Shown piece by piece: positions 1-10,579 of a stretch of DNA of 64,000 nucleotides; position 1 is the stretch's first letter, and each line of letters opens with the position of its first letter. The translations under genes were made by a program, and so were the position numbers. Under the pieces are notes generated by a model. It was not told the DNA's origin. It searched no databases and worked only from the letters and a program-made list of their open reading frames with translations. The stretch is from Candidatus Latescibacterota bacterium (lineage in GTDB: Bacteria > Latescibacterota > UBA2968 > UBA8231), in the NCBI GenBank assembly GCA_965197905.1, contig CBDAOB010000005.1, positions 2,464,001 to 2,528,000 of the forward strand, read 5' to 3'.

Positions 1-1205
1 GCTGGTCCATGAGCCAAACGGCACCGATGGGATAACCTATGGGGTGCAACGGCCACCAGGGGATGTTGTGATTCAGCCGCATCAACAACAACATCACCAC
101 CGCGCCCAACCCGGCATGCACCCAACCAGCCCCATTGGGCCCGCTGGGTTGGCTCAACTGGGACGTAATATAAATAAATGGCGCACGAGTTCCACCTCCA
201 AAAAACCAGCTGTTGAGATTGATTCCACCATGGTCATACGCCTGGTGGAGAATCATCCAAACCGATCCGGCAAGAGCGAGCACCAGCGCCAGTATCATGA
301 CCCATAGGAGCGGTCTGAGATTGCGCCCCAGGTATTGGCTCAACTTCAATCCATGGGAGCACGACGCCAACACGAAGGTGCGAATATCGGCGCTCCAGAC
401 GTAGGTGAACGCCAGGGCGACCATGCCGGAATGGCTCACTTGAGAAGAGCCCACCGCTGACACCACGGCGGAAGATGCGATCATGGGGGCAACTGCTGCT
501 GCGACCCCGCCCTCCACCACGATGCGTGTCAAACCTATGAATATCGCGTGAGCCAGCAGGTTTACGGCCAGCGCGATCCACAGTGGCAAGCCTGAAAACC
601 ACAACCAGGAAGTCGTGAGGACCATGCCGCCACACCAAACGAGAAGCGCGCTGCGGTACGACATGATCTCGTCGCAGTCATCTCGACGACTTCCCTTGAC
701 GGCCGCGCCGATGACAAAGGCAAGGTGACGCCTCGAAAACCACAATCCGACGAGAACCAGGATCGCCATCGCTCCCATTCCCTGATGCGCCAGCAGCGGT
801 TGGTTCGCCACCCCATAGATCCCCAGATTCTCGGTACTAACCGTTCCAAGGGTGAGTAGAGTTATTCTCCGGTGTTGCGTAATAGAAGACGCCACTGATG
901 ATGGTCAATAGATATTCGGAGAAACCCATCGTGGGTATGGCCGAGGCCACGATTCCCATGATGTACACCACCAGGAGTTCGCCCTGGCTCAGAGCCCAAT
1001 CGAGTCCCATGAACCGCAGCGCAACATTGGCCACGGCCACCAGAAAAAGGAGCAGGCATATGGCTCCCGGCGTGCTGAAGTCGAGCGCCATGTATGACCC
1101 CCGAATCACCATGTTGGCGTACGGTGCTCCCATGGCGATAGCCACGGAAACGAGGGCCCCTACGGCTACGGCTCGGGCGGTGAACGGAGAAGGGGATGTT
1201 GCCAC
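1..1205 (-). pseudogene. DUF6785/DUF6784-type polytopic membrane protein (putative transporter) with an out-of-frame internal deletion; runs off the left window edge
   Basis: N-terminal part (GTG ~1205: MATSPSPFTARAVAVG...FYYATPENN) stops at 837. A different frame open from ~860 to the edge reads LLTLGTVSTENLGIYG...DEIMSYRSA...WWPLHPIGYP, the hydrophobic C-terminal half of the family. Family assignment is from recalled motifs. Confidence 0.7.
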
Positions 1206-1231
1206 ATCCGAAATGGAGCCCAAAGCGCCGG

Positions 1232-1753
1232 CTATCCTTTTCCCGCCAAGCCCGTTGCGTGGAGTTTGGCCAGCACCCACACCACCAGAAGGCCGATCAC
1301 GAAGCCACTGATCAGACCGCTCAATAGAAACAGAGGGAGCAGGGAAAAAATCCCGGCCGTTCCGATATAGATGAATGCGAGGGCGAGTTGGGCCACCTGA
1401 TGGGTTAACGATCCGAGGATGCTGATGCCGACCGGGCTGAACAGATCGGGGGTGGTCGAGCGAACGACAATCATCAGTGCGACGCTTGTCAAGCCAGCGC
1501 CCCCGCCGATAACAAAGGTTGGGCCCCCCAGACTGCCGGCAAGGAGACCACCGACGACGATCTTCACGACCGCGACGGCGGCGGCGGCTCCGCCTCCGAG
1601 CAGAAGGAGAGCGAGGACGACGGCAATATTGCCGAGACCCAGCTTCATCCATGGCAGGGGTCGGGGAACCTGGGCTTCGACTACGAAAAGGATCAACGCG
1701 AGGCCGGCAAGCATTCCGGTGCGCGCGACCGATCCGTACGGGGCGCGCCTCAC
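1232..1753 (-). CDS. Gx transporter family protein (heptaprenyl diphosphate synthase component I-like)
   Basis: Motif EAQVPRPLPWMKLGLGNI plus hydrophobic helices; GTG at 1753 overlaps the upstream TGA. Confidence 0.8.
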   Translation of the reverse strand: MRRAPYGSVARTGMLAGLALILFVVEAQVPRPLPWMKLGLGNIAVVLALLLLGGGAAAAVAVVKIVVGGLLAGSLGGPTFVIGGGAGLTSVALMIVVRSTTPDLFSPVGISILGSLTHQVAQLALAFIYIGTAGIFSLLPLFLLSGLISGFVIGLLVVWVLAKLHATGLAGKG

Positions 1754-2160
1754 CGCGCCACCGCGTCGAACCTTGCCGATCGTGATTGCCCGCGCACTTC
1801 GGCGACAACCCGATTCGGAACGCAGGCAATTACCTGCCCCACCCGGTGTATGGAACCCGAGCGGATGCAGATCCCGTTGGGGCACGCAGAGGATATAACC
1901 GCTACCGACCCGCGGTCCACAGAAATCCGCGTGATCCCAAGTGGTCCTTCGAACTGGTACTCCTGGTCCAGTGCCAACGAGTAAGGACCGTTCATGGTGC
2001 CTGTGACACTCACCTGGAACTCTCCGCCCTCCCCACTCCAGCGGGAATCGTAAGCTGCCGCGCAGGCTACCAGGCTGGTGATAATCAGTGCCTTGTCGGC
2101 AAATGTCAGGGGACGCCAGAGTTCGCGCCACCAGGCACTCGAAACATCGCTGTCTACCAA
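1750..2160 (-). CDS. NusG domain II-containing protein (Lin0431-like)
   Basis: N-terminal TM segment; CPNGIC...IACVPNRV cysteine motif; usual partner of Gx transporter genes. Confidence 0.8.
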   Translation of the reverse strand: MVDSDVSSAWWRELWRPLTFADKALIITSLVACAAAYDSRWSGEGGEFQVSVTGTMNGPYSLALDQEYQFEGPLGITRISVDRGSVAVISSACPNGICIRSGSIHRVGQVIACVPNRVVAEVRGQSRSARFDAVAR

Positions 2161-2206
2161 GAACTTACCCTCCGGTGGCAGTGCAATTTCAAGCTCCTCG
2201 AACTGC

Positions 2207-2236
2207 TTGACAATCGGCCCTCAATTTGGTTACATT
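2207..2236 (+). promoter_or_regulatory. Putative sigma70 promoter upstream of the 2376 ORF and relA
   Basis: TTGACA-18 nt-TACATT. Confidence 0.45.
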
Positions 2237-2375
2237 CACCGGCGCCCGATTGGACTTAAGTGGTTGAGAACTTGGTGCTTTAAGGATGCACAGAACTCTG
2301 ACATGGTGCCATGACCGGTGCAGACCGGAGCCGGCTCCCCCAAGTCCGGGACGGTAAAGCCAGGAGGACTGAAGA

Positions 2376-2693
2376 ATGTGGTGGATAATAGCGGTTGCGT
2401 CCATTTGTGTCGCCTTGCTGGTACAGTATCTCTGTTCCAGCAAGATCCTGCGTATGAAGCAGGCAATCTCGATCAAGAGCATCTCCCTGCGCGACGTCCG
2501 CGACGAGGGCGATAAGCTGGACCAGCAGGAGATGGAATTGAAGACGCAACAGATCAGTCTCGGCCAAAGTGTGGTTAGACTGCGCAAGGATATCAAAGGG
2601 CTCCAGGAAGCGGTCAGTGACCGTGGCATTCCGGTTCCGGATCCCGGGTTTTCTCTGGAAGAGGATATTCCGACTGGAGACGAGGAGGATTAG
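2376..2693 (+). CDS. Hypothetical membrane-anchored coiled-coil protein
   Basis: GGAGGA RBS, N-terminal TM, heptad-rich body. Confidence 0.65.
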   Translation: MWWIIAVASICVALLVQYLCSSKILRMKQAISIKSISLRDVRDEGDKLDQQEMELKTQQISLGQSVVRLRKDIKGLQEAVSDRGIPVPDPGFSLEEDIPTGDEED

Positions 2694-2882
2694 CAGTTCC
2701 AGGCTGGGAGAGTCCGCCTCGGATTCGCCCCGCACTATAACGTGAAGTCTGTCAGCCGCAAAAGTCGTAACTCGTTTATAGCCATCCAGTTCCGAACAAC
2801 ACACTGCTTTTGAATCAGTTGTCGTACGTGTATATTTGAGGAAGATCTACACGCTTGGAGAATCACCAGGCCAAAGCGACCA

Positions 2883-5096
2883 ATGGCGATGTCTAGTAGC
2901 GAACTGACAAAATCTGACCGCGGGACCAAGACGAATCTGCTCGACGGGGAGTTGGAAAAGGCAGCTGACCATCTGCAACTTCAGATGCTGCTGATCGAGG
3001 TGGCATCCAGCAACGATCAGGCTGACTTCCCGCTCATTTCCCAGGCCTATTTTTTTGCCAATACCTTTCACAGCGGCCAGACTCGCAAGTCGGGGAAACC
3101 GTTTCTACAACACTGTGTGGAGGTGGCACGTATCCTCGCACAGCTGCGGCTAGATGCGACGACGGTAGCCGCCGGCCTGCTGCACGACGTCCTTGAAGAC
3201 ACTCCCGCTACCTACACCATGGTGGCCAAGGAGTTCGGCGAGAAGATCGCCGCCCTGATTGATGGCGTGACCAAGATCGAGCAGTTCCAATTCGAGAGCC
3301 AGGAGGCACGGCAGGCAGAAACCTACCGTAAGATGCTGCTCTCGGTCACCCAGGACATACGCGTCATCCTGATCAAATTCGCCGACCGCTTGCACAACAT
3401 GCGCACCCTTGATCACGTAACCCCCGCCCAACAGCTGCGCATAGCCCACGAAACCCTGGAGGTGTACTCGCCACTCGCCCATCGCTTCGGTTTGGCGCGA
3501 ATTCGCGGCGAGTTGGAGGACTTGAGCCTCAAGTACCTCGATTTCGAAAGCTACCAGAGCATTCGTGAAAACGTGGCCATGAAACGCGCCGAGCGCGAAG
3601 CCTACCTGGAGGAATTCAAGAACCCCATCGAGGAAGAGCTACGCCGCAACGGAATCGAGGCGGAAATCACGGCGAGGGCCAAACGCTTCTACAGCATCTA
3701 CACGAAGATGAGTAGCCGCGAGAAATCGTTCGAGGAGATTTATGACCTCATGGCGGTTCGCATTCTCGTCGGAACCGTCCGCGAATGCTACCACACCCTA
3801 GGCCTGGTCCACACCCTGTACCGCCCGATACCGGACCGTTTCAAGGACTACATCGCAACCCCGAAAAGCAACATGTACCAGTCATTGCATACCTCGGTCA
3901 TAGGTCCCCGGGGTCTCCCCGTTGAGATCCAAATGCGCACCCAGGAAATGCATCACACCGCCGAGATCGGAATCGCTGCACACTGGCGCTACAAGACGGG
4001 CGAGGAAGGGCAAAGCGAGCTAGATCAGCACCTGCATTGGTTGCGACAGGTGCTCGACTGGCAGCAGGACGCCACGGATCCCGCCGAGTTCATGGAAAGC
4101 CTCAAGATCGACCTCTTTCAGGACGAGATTTTCGTCTTCACTCCGCAGGGCGATCTGCACCAGCTACCTAAAAGCGCGACCCCGATCGACTTTGCTTTCG
4201 CGGTGCACACGGATATCGGTTTCCAATGCCTGACCGCTAAGATCAACGGCCAGGTATCTCCGCTGGGTACCGAGTTGAATAGCGGCGACTACGTCGAGAT
4301 CATAACCTCGCGCAATCAGAAGCCCAAGCAGGCGTGGTTGGAACTGGTAAAGACCTCGAAAGCCCGCCATTGCATCCGGAAGTTTCTGAAGGAGGAGCGC
4401 TTCAACCACAGTACGCGGCTTGGGCGAGAAATGCTCGAGCGGGAGCTGCGGCGCTACCGGTCCAAGATCGGGAATGAGGACCTCCTCATTGCCTGCGGAG
4501 ACCTGGGATACGACGACGAGGAACATCTGTACGCCGCACTGGGCACCGGAGATTTGTCATTGCCGCGGCTGGTGAACCGACTGATGCCCAACCAGAAGAG
4601 TCCCAAGAGGCGTCCCGCCGCCAAAGACAGTCGCGGCATTCGCATTCAGGGAATGGACGACACGATGATCTCCTTCGCCAGTTGCTGCACGCCGATACCC
4701 GGAGACCAGATCATCGGGCTCGTGACTCGGGGGCGTGGCGTAACAGTACACCGTCTGGGCTGCGCCAATATTGTGGATCTCAGCGGCCAACCGGAGCGTC
4801 TGGTAGATGTGGAGTGGGATTTAGAGAGCGAGTGTGCGTTCACGGTGAAGCTCCGCATAAGAAGCAACGACCGAAAATACCTGCTGTCGGAAATCGCCAA
4901 GTCCATCAGCGACACGGGCGCGAACATCAAGAGCTCCTCTACCCGCACCGAGGGAAATGTTGCGGTGGAGGAATTTTGGCTCGACGTGAGCGACACGAAA
5001 CAGTTGAAGCTCGCAATCGACCGCGTCATGGAGGTGGATGGCGTCCTCGACGTAAGACGCGTCGATCAGGCAGAGTCGGTAGTCCCCCTGTCCTAA
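2883..5096 (+). CDS. relA: Bifunctional (p)ppGpp synthetase/hydrolase, RelA/SpoT family
   Basis: HD domain (LLHDVLED), synthetase (YQSLHT, EIQMRT), TGS (TPIDFAFAVHT), CC and ACT domains; 737 aa intact. Confidence 0.97.
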   Translation: MAMSSSELTKSDRGTKTNLLDGELEKAADHLQLQMLLIEVASSNDQADFPLISQAYFFANTFHSGQTRKSGKPFLQHCVEVARILAQLRLDATTVAAGLLHDVLEDTPATYTMVAKEFGEKIAALIDGVTKIEQFQFESQEARQAETYRKMLLSVTQDIRVILIKFADRLHNMRTLDHVTPAQQLRIAHETLEVYSPLAHRFGLARIRGELEDLSLKYLDFESYQSIRENVAMKRAEREAYLEEFKNPIEEELRRNGIEAEITARAKRFYSIYTKMSSREKSFEEIYDLMAVRILVGTVRECYHTLGLVHTLYRPIPDRFKDYIATPKSNMYQSLHTSVIGPRGLPVEIQMRTQEMHHTAEIGIAAHWRYKTGEEGQSELDQHLHWLRQVLDWQQDATDPAEFMESLKIDLFQDEIFVFTPQGDLHQLPKSATPIDFAFAVHTDIGFQCLTAKINGQVSPLGTELNSGDYVEIITSRNQKPKQAWLELVKTSKARHCIRKFLKEERFNHSTRLGREMLERELRRYRSKIGNEDLLIACGDLGYDDEEHLYAALGTGDLSLPRLVNRLMPNQKSPKRRPAAKDSRGIRIQGMDDTMISFASCCTPIPGDQIIGLVTRGRGVTVHRLGCANIVDLSGQPERLVDVEWDLESECAFTVKLRIRSNDRKYLLSEIAKSISDTGANIKSSSTRTEGNVAVEEFWLDVSDTKQLKLAIDRVMEVDGVLDVRRVDQAESVVPLS

Positions 5097-5106
5097 ACGC
5101 ATGCAG

Positions 5107-5369
5107 CTAGTCGTCTAAAGCCGCTTCGAGTTTCTGCAATATCGCCCGCTCATCAGGATTGACCACCTTTCCTCCGCCGTAATGCCCCCCGAGTTGTTCC
5201 TCCGCCCAACCGTAAACAATTTGCAGTTGCATTCGGCTCAAATCGAGGGTCTCCCCCCCTCCACAGCCTTTCGCAATTTCGTCAATATCCGTTCTTCGTC
5301 GGGCCAAAACGGCTTCTCTTTCCAGGTCAAGATGATCTCGACCTCGCGATCGCTGAGTGAAAGGTCCAT
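5107..5369 (-). pseudogene. Small two-repeat hypothetical protein split by a frameshift in a G7 run
   Basis: MDLSLSDREVEIILTW...KAVEGG continues in another frame as ETLDLSRMQLQIVYGW...KLEAALDD; C7 run at 5253-5259 on + strand. Confidence 0.6.
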
Positions 5370-5382
5370 ACCTCTCGAATCA

Positions 5383-5411
5383 TTGACTTGGCCTATCGCA
5401 GAACCTATATT
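5383..5411 (+). promoter_or_regulatory. Putative sigma70 promoter of hisC
   Basis: TTGACT-17 nt-TATATT. Confidence 0.55.
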
Positions 5412-5446
5412 GCGGCCCTCTCCGCGTGTTTTCCGCGACGTCCACA

Positions 5447-6505
5447 ATGACAGATTCGAAGACCAAGTACTTTCGCGATAATATCGCCGAAATGCAGCCG
5501 TACGTACCGGGCGAGCAACCGCGAGACGGCGACTACATCAAGCTAAACACGAACGAAAATCCGTACCCTCCCGCCCCTCGCGTAATCGACGACATAAAGG
5601 CTGCATGCGGCGAAGATCTCAGACTCTACCCAGATCCCGATGCGCTCATCGTTCGCGAAAAGCTGAGCCACGTATTCGATGTGGACAGGTCGCAGATCAT
5701 GCTGGGAAACGGATCGGACGAGCTCCTAAATATCATTCTACGCAGTTTCGTCGGAGACGGTCAACAGGTGCACTACCCTACCCCGACCTACGCCTACTAC
5801 AAGAAGCTGGTACAGATCCAAAATGCACAACACGTCGAGATCCCGTTCGCCGATGATTATTCGCTCCCGGAGGGTCTGGGGATCGGGGCAGCCCTCACCC
5901 TGGTCGCGAATCCCAATTCTCCCTCCGGCACATTGGCCGATGGCAAAAGTCTGGCGAGGGTCGCCGAGGCCACCGATGGCGTGCTCGTCGTCGATGAGGC
6001 GTACGTCGACTTCTCGGAAGGGGGATCCATTGGAATGTTGAAGGACCACCGCAACCTAGTGATCGTTCGCACCATGTCCAAGTCGTATTCCCTGGCGGGC
6101 ATGCGCGTTGGTATGGCGCTTGCGCACTCGGATCTTATCGGCGGCCTCACCAAGGTTAAAGATCACTACAACATGGGGCGCTTGAGCCTGGTTGCGGCCG
6201 CGGCAGCCATCGATTCAATAGACGTAATGAGGAAAAATGCGGACCGCGTACGGCAAACGCGTGAATATCTCTCGTTTGAGCTGCGAAGACTCGGAATGGA
6301 GGTTTGGAACTCCAGGGCCAACTTCGTGCTTGCCCGCGTCCGCGGAGCGGACGCCGGCACGATTCAACTGGAGCTGAAGCGGCGGCGGATACTGGTTCGG
6401 CACTTCGATGAGGACAGGCTGAAGGATTGCCTGCGTATCAGCGTCGGCCAGAGGGAGGAAATCGAGGCGTTACTCCGCGAGCTAGGGGATATCCTTGAAT
6501 CTTGA
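5447..6505 (+). CDS. hisC: Histidinol-phosphate aminotransferase
   Basis: KLNTNENPY, GNGSDE, NPNSPSG, VVDEAY, RTMSKSYSLAGMRVG (PLP lysine). Confidence 0.95.
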   Translation: MTDSKTKYFRDNIAEMQPYVPGEQPRDGDYIKLNTNENPYPPAPRVIDDIKAACGEDLRLYPDPDALIVREKLSHVFDVDRSQIMLGNGSDELLNIILRSFVGDGQQVHYPTPTYAYYKKLVQIQNAQHVEIPFADDYSLPEGLGIGAALTLVANPNSPSGTLADGKSLARVAEATDGVLVVDEAYVDFSEGGSIGMLKDHRNLVIVRTMSKSYSLAGMRVGMALAHSDLIGGLTKVKDHYNMGRLSLVAAAAAIDSIDVMRKNADRVRQTREYLSFELRRLGMEVWNSRANFVLARVRGADAGTIQLELKRRRILVRHFDEDRLKDCLRISVGQREEIEALLRELGDILES

Positions 6506-6955
6506 ACGCCCGGGATCGGCGGAAACAAGCGGGTCAGTGGTTCGCTGTTCGAGCATGCGGCTAATAACCTCCACCTCGGCTACCCCCATCCCGAGCCTGC
6601 GGGCAACTTCCGTCGCCGGGACCCCTTTGACGATCAACTCCTGCGCTTTCTTGTAATTGCCATCGCCGTCCGACCGGGTCGACCAACGCGTCGGTTTCGC
6701 CTTTCGCCGAACCCGCGAGCCATTGCCCGTGGACTTCGCGTCTGTTCGAATTCTCGTCTCGATAGCCGAGCAGGTCGTCTGTAGCTGACTGCACAGTCGC
6801 TGTAACTCGGACTGCTGGAACTCGAGGACCTCCAGTCTGGTATCCAAGGCATCGCGCGCACCGCGCAGCCAGGCGCGAAACCACAAACCGAGACTACCGG
6901 CCACCGCCAAGAACAAAAGATCGATAAAAAGCAACTGCCAGCTATCGCTGCTCAC
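6482..6955 (-). CDS. Flagellar-cluster membrane-anchored coiled-coil protein with C-terminal HTH-like segment (DUF2802/DUF6115-like)
   Basis: N-terminal TM, coiled coil, EVARRLGMGVAEVEVI; last gene of the cluster. Confidence 0.6.
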   Translation of the reverse strand: MSSDSWQLLFIDLLFLAVAGSLGLWFRAWLRGARDALDTRLEVLEFQQSELQRLCSQLQTTCSAIETRIRTDAKSTGNGSRVRRKAKPTRWSTRSDGDGNYKKAQELIVKGVPATEVARRLGMGVAEVEVISRMLEQRTTDPLVSADPGRSRFKDIP

Positions 6956-8445
6956 GTCGTGCCTCCGCTACTTGAGATCTCTGACGTCTCCTTGGTTGCC
7001 AGCGGCAGGCGCACGAAGAAAGTAGCTCCTTCTCCGGGCGAGCTTTCCACGGTGAGGCTGCCGCCGTGCATCTCGACTATGCGATAACTGACCGCCAGCC
7101 CCAAGCCGGTGCCTCCCTCTTCGGCGTGGGTAGTAAAGAACGGTTCGAAGATGCGATCGAGATGCTCAGCCGCGATTCCCACACCAGTATCTGCCACTTC
7201 TATTTCGATTCCACCTTCTGCTTCGCGAGCTGAGATCGTCAACCGCCCTCCGTCTGGCATGGCGTGTTGGGAATTTAGAATCAGATTGATAAATACCTGC
7301 TCCAGCTCTCCCATATGACCGCAGACTCGGGGGAGATCATCGTCTACATGCTGGACGACCTGAATCGAATGCGCATCCAATTGATGTTTTACCAGGGCGT
7401 TAGCTTATTGCAAGGCCTGGGCCACATCAAAGTGGAGCCAGTCGCCATCCTGTGCGTTGTTGCGAGCAAAATCCAGCAGCGCGCGAATGATCTTCGATAT
7501 GCGCCGCACGTTGCTCTCGACCAGCTGCAAGCCTTCGACGATTTTCGGATTGCCCTGGCCTTGAAGAACCATGAGTTGGACGCGGCTGAGAATGATTTGA
7601 AGAGGATTGTTGACCTCGTGGGCGACACCCCCCGCGAGCTCGCCGATGGCCGAAAGTTTGGCCGACATCAATATCTGATCCTGCGAATCCTTGAGCTGGG
7701 CGTTTGTGCTTTCGAGGTCGTTGTAGAGCCGGGAATGCTCGATTGCTACGGCCGCATGGTTTGCCAGCACCCCCAGTAGCTCGAGTTCCCCGGCAGTGAA
7801 GGAGTCGCGGGGTTTCTTACAGTGTAAGACGTATATGCCAATCTGGGTCCCCCGAACGATCAGCGGAATCATTACGAAGGTGTGTTCCTCGACACCAGGC
7901 TGGTCGAGGGTTTCCATATCCTCGATGATTACGGGCCGGCGCTCGCGCAACACCCAGTCGATAATCCCGTCTTCCCACAGAGATTCGATCTTCTGACCCA
8001 GCGCGCTTTCGTTCCCCCGCATCGTCATCGGCGAGAGGCTTTCATCGGCGGCGATGGAAAAGACACCACAGCTTTCGTAGGCGACGAATCGGTTGGATAG
8101 ATTCATCAAAGCATCGAGAATATCCTCGACCTTGAAACAGAAGCTGATCGCTTCGGAGAGTTCGTGCAGACTCAGCAACTCGTCCATCGATTCGCGCAGC
8201 TCGGCATATTCGCGGTGCTCGCGCGTGAGATGCGCCTTCATCTGCAGCACTTCGCCCTCGAGACCGGCGAGGCGGGCGGCACCTTCCCCCAGCGCCGTGG
8301 CGATGCCGTCGACGTGGATACCAAGCTCCCAAGCGAGATCGTTGAGCCCGCTTGATTTGACTTGGTTCAGCAGCTCCTTGATGCGCTCCAGCGGCAACTC
8401 TTCTGCGCGCTCGGCGCGAATATTTCGAGCGGGAGTACTGGTCAT
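6952..8445 (-). pseudogene. GAF-domain sensor histidine kinase interrupted by an in-frame TAA
   Basis: GAF, H-box (GVAHEVNNPL), then TAA at 7405-7407; the same frame continues ANALVKHQLDAHS... into the N, G1, F and G2 boxes. Confidence 0.85.
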
Positions 8446-8454
8446 CCTGCTTGC

Positions 8455-9399
8455 CTATCCAACCTTTCGCTCCTGCCCTTCAGAACCTGCCGCATCCTCG
8501 TCGTCGCCGCGGGCAATGCTGGCAAACGCACCTGCGTTCTCCATCTCGTGTCGCAACAGCTCCCCGTATCCGAAAATTCGTTTCATCGCGGCTTTCGGCT
8601 CCTCGTGGATACCGAATGCGCGCAGCGCCGCTGGGTCCAGGCTCGGCATTCGGACACTGCCCCCATCGCCTATCTGCTCTCTCCGGCACAGAAAATCCGC
8701 CAGGTGAATCAAAGCTGGCAGCTCCGCTTCCCGCGGTGGCAGCCGACCCGGCATATGGTGGTAAGCGATGGCGTCTACCAGCTGCTTCGGCATGTTCCAA
8801 CGCTCGCCCAACCAGGCGCCCACCTCGGCATGAGTCAACCCGAGGACCGCCTCTTCTGCCTTCCCAATGTAGAGGTCCTCCGTATTCACCAGATGGAGAA
8901 TCTCGCTGAACTCGTCCGGAAAGAACTGGCTGAGAACCAGCTTGCCGATGTCGTGGAGAATACCTCCGGCAAACGCTTCCCCCTGCCCCCGGGTTCGATA
9001 ACGCACCTTGGCGGCCAATATCCGCGCCGCCACAGCACAGGCGATCGAGTGTTCCCAAAATCGCTGTCGGTCGAAGTCACCGTTGTTGCTTGCCCCCGAA
9101 AACCGTTCCAGCACCGAAACGCTCAGTCCGAGGCTCTTGACGGTTTCGAATCCGAGCACAACCACGGCGTGATTGACCGTGGCGATTTCTCTCGGAAAGC
9201 CGTAGAAGGCCGAGTTCGCCAGCTTGAGCATCTTGGCGGTCAGCGCCTGGTCGGTAGAGATCAGCTTGGCAACGTCGCTGGCGGACGTGTTAGGATTGTC
9301 GATCAAGCTGATCATCTGTGTGACCACGGTCGGCAACGTCGGTAACCCGATTATGCTCTCGGTGATCTTCCTCAGGCGCTGTTGTTTCTGTTCGTCCAA
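8455..9399 (-). CDS. HDOD domain protein
   Basis: LPTLP, DQALTAKMLKLANSAFYG, FWEHS, LHDIGK, HAEVGAWLGERWNMP. Confidence 0.92.
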   Translation of the reverse strand: MDEQKQQRLRKITESIIGLPTLPTVVTQMISLIDNPNTSASDVAKLISTDQALTAKMLKLANSAFYGFPREIATVNHAVVVLGFETVKSLGLSVSVLERFSGASNNGDFDRQRFWEHSIACAVAARILAAKVRYRTRGQGEAFAGGILHDIGKLVLSQFFPDEFSEILHLVNTEDLYIGKAEEAVLGLTHAEVGAWLGERWNMPKQLVDAIAYHHMPGRLPPREAELPALIHLADFLCRREQIGDGGSVRMPSLDPAALRAFGIHEEPKAAMKRIFGYGELLRHEMENAGAFASIARGDDEDAAGSEGQERKVG

Positions 9400-9460
9400 T
9401 ATGGTTCCCGTGGTCGTGGCATGGCGGCACGGGCCGCGCAGCCACCTCTAAGGCAGTGGT

Positions 9461-9781
9461 TCAGGCGACGATGTCGATCCCGGAGGAGTCCGCGCCGTCT
9501 TCGTCGGCCTCGGAGGTCTTGTCCGTCTCGGACTTGTCCGACTCCCGCTTGCGCCGGTCGCGGCGTTCGCGTTCGCGATCGCGTTTTTCGTCGGCACGCA
9601 ACTCGGCCTGGTCGGGCTCTTTGGTTGGTTGGGTTCGGCTCTGGTCCTGGGCGTGCTCGCGAGCCGCTTCCTGTGCCGCCTGCCGTTGGGCTACCTCGGG
9701 TGCTTCCTTCTGATTGTTCTGCAAACGGCTGGCGAGAGGCGCCTTGGAAAGGTTGTCCTGCAAATCGACGGGTTTGACCAT
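9461..9781 (-). CDS. Hypothetical flagellar-cluster protein, charged low-complexity
   Basis: KPVDLQ start and GIDIVA end; tight operon spacing after fliA. Confidence 0.65.
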   Translation of the reverse strand: MVKPVDLQDNLSKAPLASRLQNNQKEAPEVAQRQAAQEAAREHAQDQSRTQPTKEPDQAELRADEKRDRERERRDRRKRESDKSETDKTSEADEDGADSSGIDIVA

Positions 9782-9793
9782 CCGCGACCTACC

Positions 9794-10573
9794 CTATGCC
9801 ATGAAACGCTTTCGCAACTTGACCCGGAGGCTGAGTACCGCCTTGGTGTGCAGTTGCGACACGCGGGACTCGGACAGTTCCAGCACCTGGCCGATCTCCT
9901 TGAGCGTCAGCTCCTCATAGTAATAGAGGGCCACGACCAGGCGTTCCTGTTGGGTGAGCTGACCGAGAGAATCGGCGAGCAGGTCCCGCATCTCCTCGCG
10001 CTCCAGGTTTGACAGAGCACTTGGCTGTTCGGGCGAACGGACGGTGTCGACCAGAGGAACCGGTTTATCGTCTCCATCGCCGTAAGTCAATTCGTCCAAC
10101 GACAGCAGGGAGGCGGAGCTCACATCGTCAATCATGTGGTAATAATCCGACAATTCGACACCCAACCCCTCTGCAAGCTCGGTCTCATTGGGCGAGCGCC
10201 CGAGTGCACTTTCGAGCTTCGAGATGGTCTTCTCGATTTCTCGGGAACGCGCGCGGGTGGATCGGGGCACCCAATCCATGCCCCGCAATTCGTCTAGAAT
10301 CGAGCCACGAATCCGCAGCGAAGCATAGGTTTCGAACTTGACCCCCTTGCCGGCGTCAAAGTTTCGATAGGCTTCAATCAAACCGACGACCCCGGCATTG
10401 ATCAGGTCGTCCATCTCCACCGATCTAGGTAGACCTATGGCCAGCCGCCCCGCGATATACTTGACCAAGGGAAGATATTCTTCCAGCGGTTGCTGCGTGT
10501 TCTGAGCCGCCGGTTTCTGCTGCTTCTCGTACTTCTCGCTGGCACTATGGACTGGAGTCTTGCCGGGACTCAT
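9794..10573 (-). CDS. fliA: RNA polymerase sigma-28 factor FliA/WhiG
   Basis: YLPLVKYIA, FETYASLRIRGSILDELR, DWVPRS, ELSESRVSQLH. Confidence 0.95.
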   Translation of the reverse strand: MSPGKTPVHSASEKYEKQQKPAAQNTQQPLEEYLPLVKYIAGRLAIGLPRSVEMDDLINAGVVGLIEAYRNFDAGKGVKFETYASLRIRGSILDELRGMDWVPRSTRARSREIEKTISKLESALGRSPNETELAEGLGVELSDYYHMIDDVSSASLLSLDELTYGDGDDKPVPLVDTVRSPEQPSALSNLEREEMRDLLADSLGQLTQQERLVVALYYYEELTLKEIGQVLELSESRVSQLHTKAVLSLRVKLRKRFMA

Positions 10574-10579
10574 GCCGTT

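Noticed and set aside
7405..7407. Stop-codon reassignment or selenocysteine/pyrrolysine
   Set aside because: The codon is TAA and TAA ends other genes here (relA, fliE, larA)
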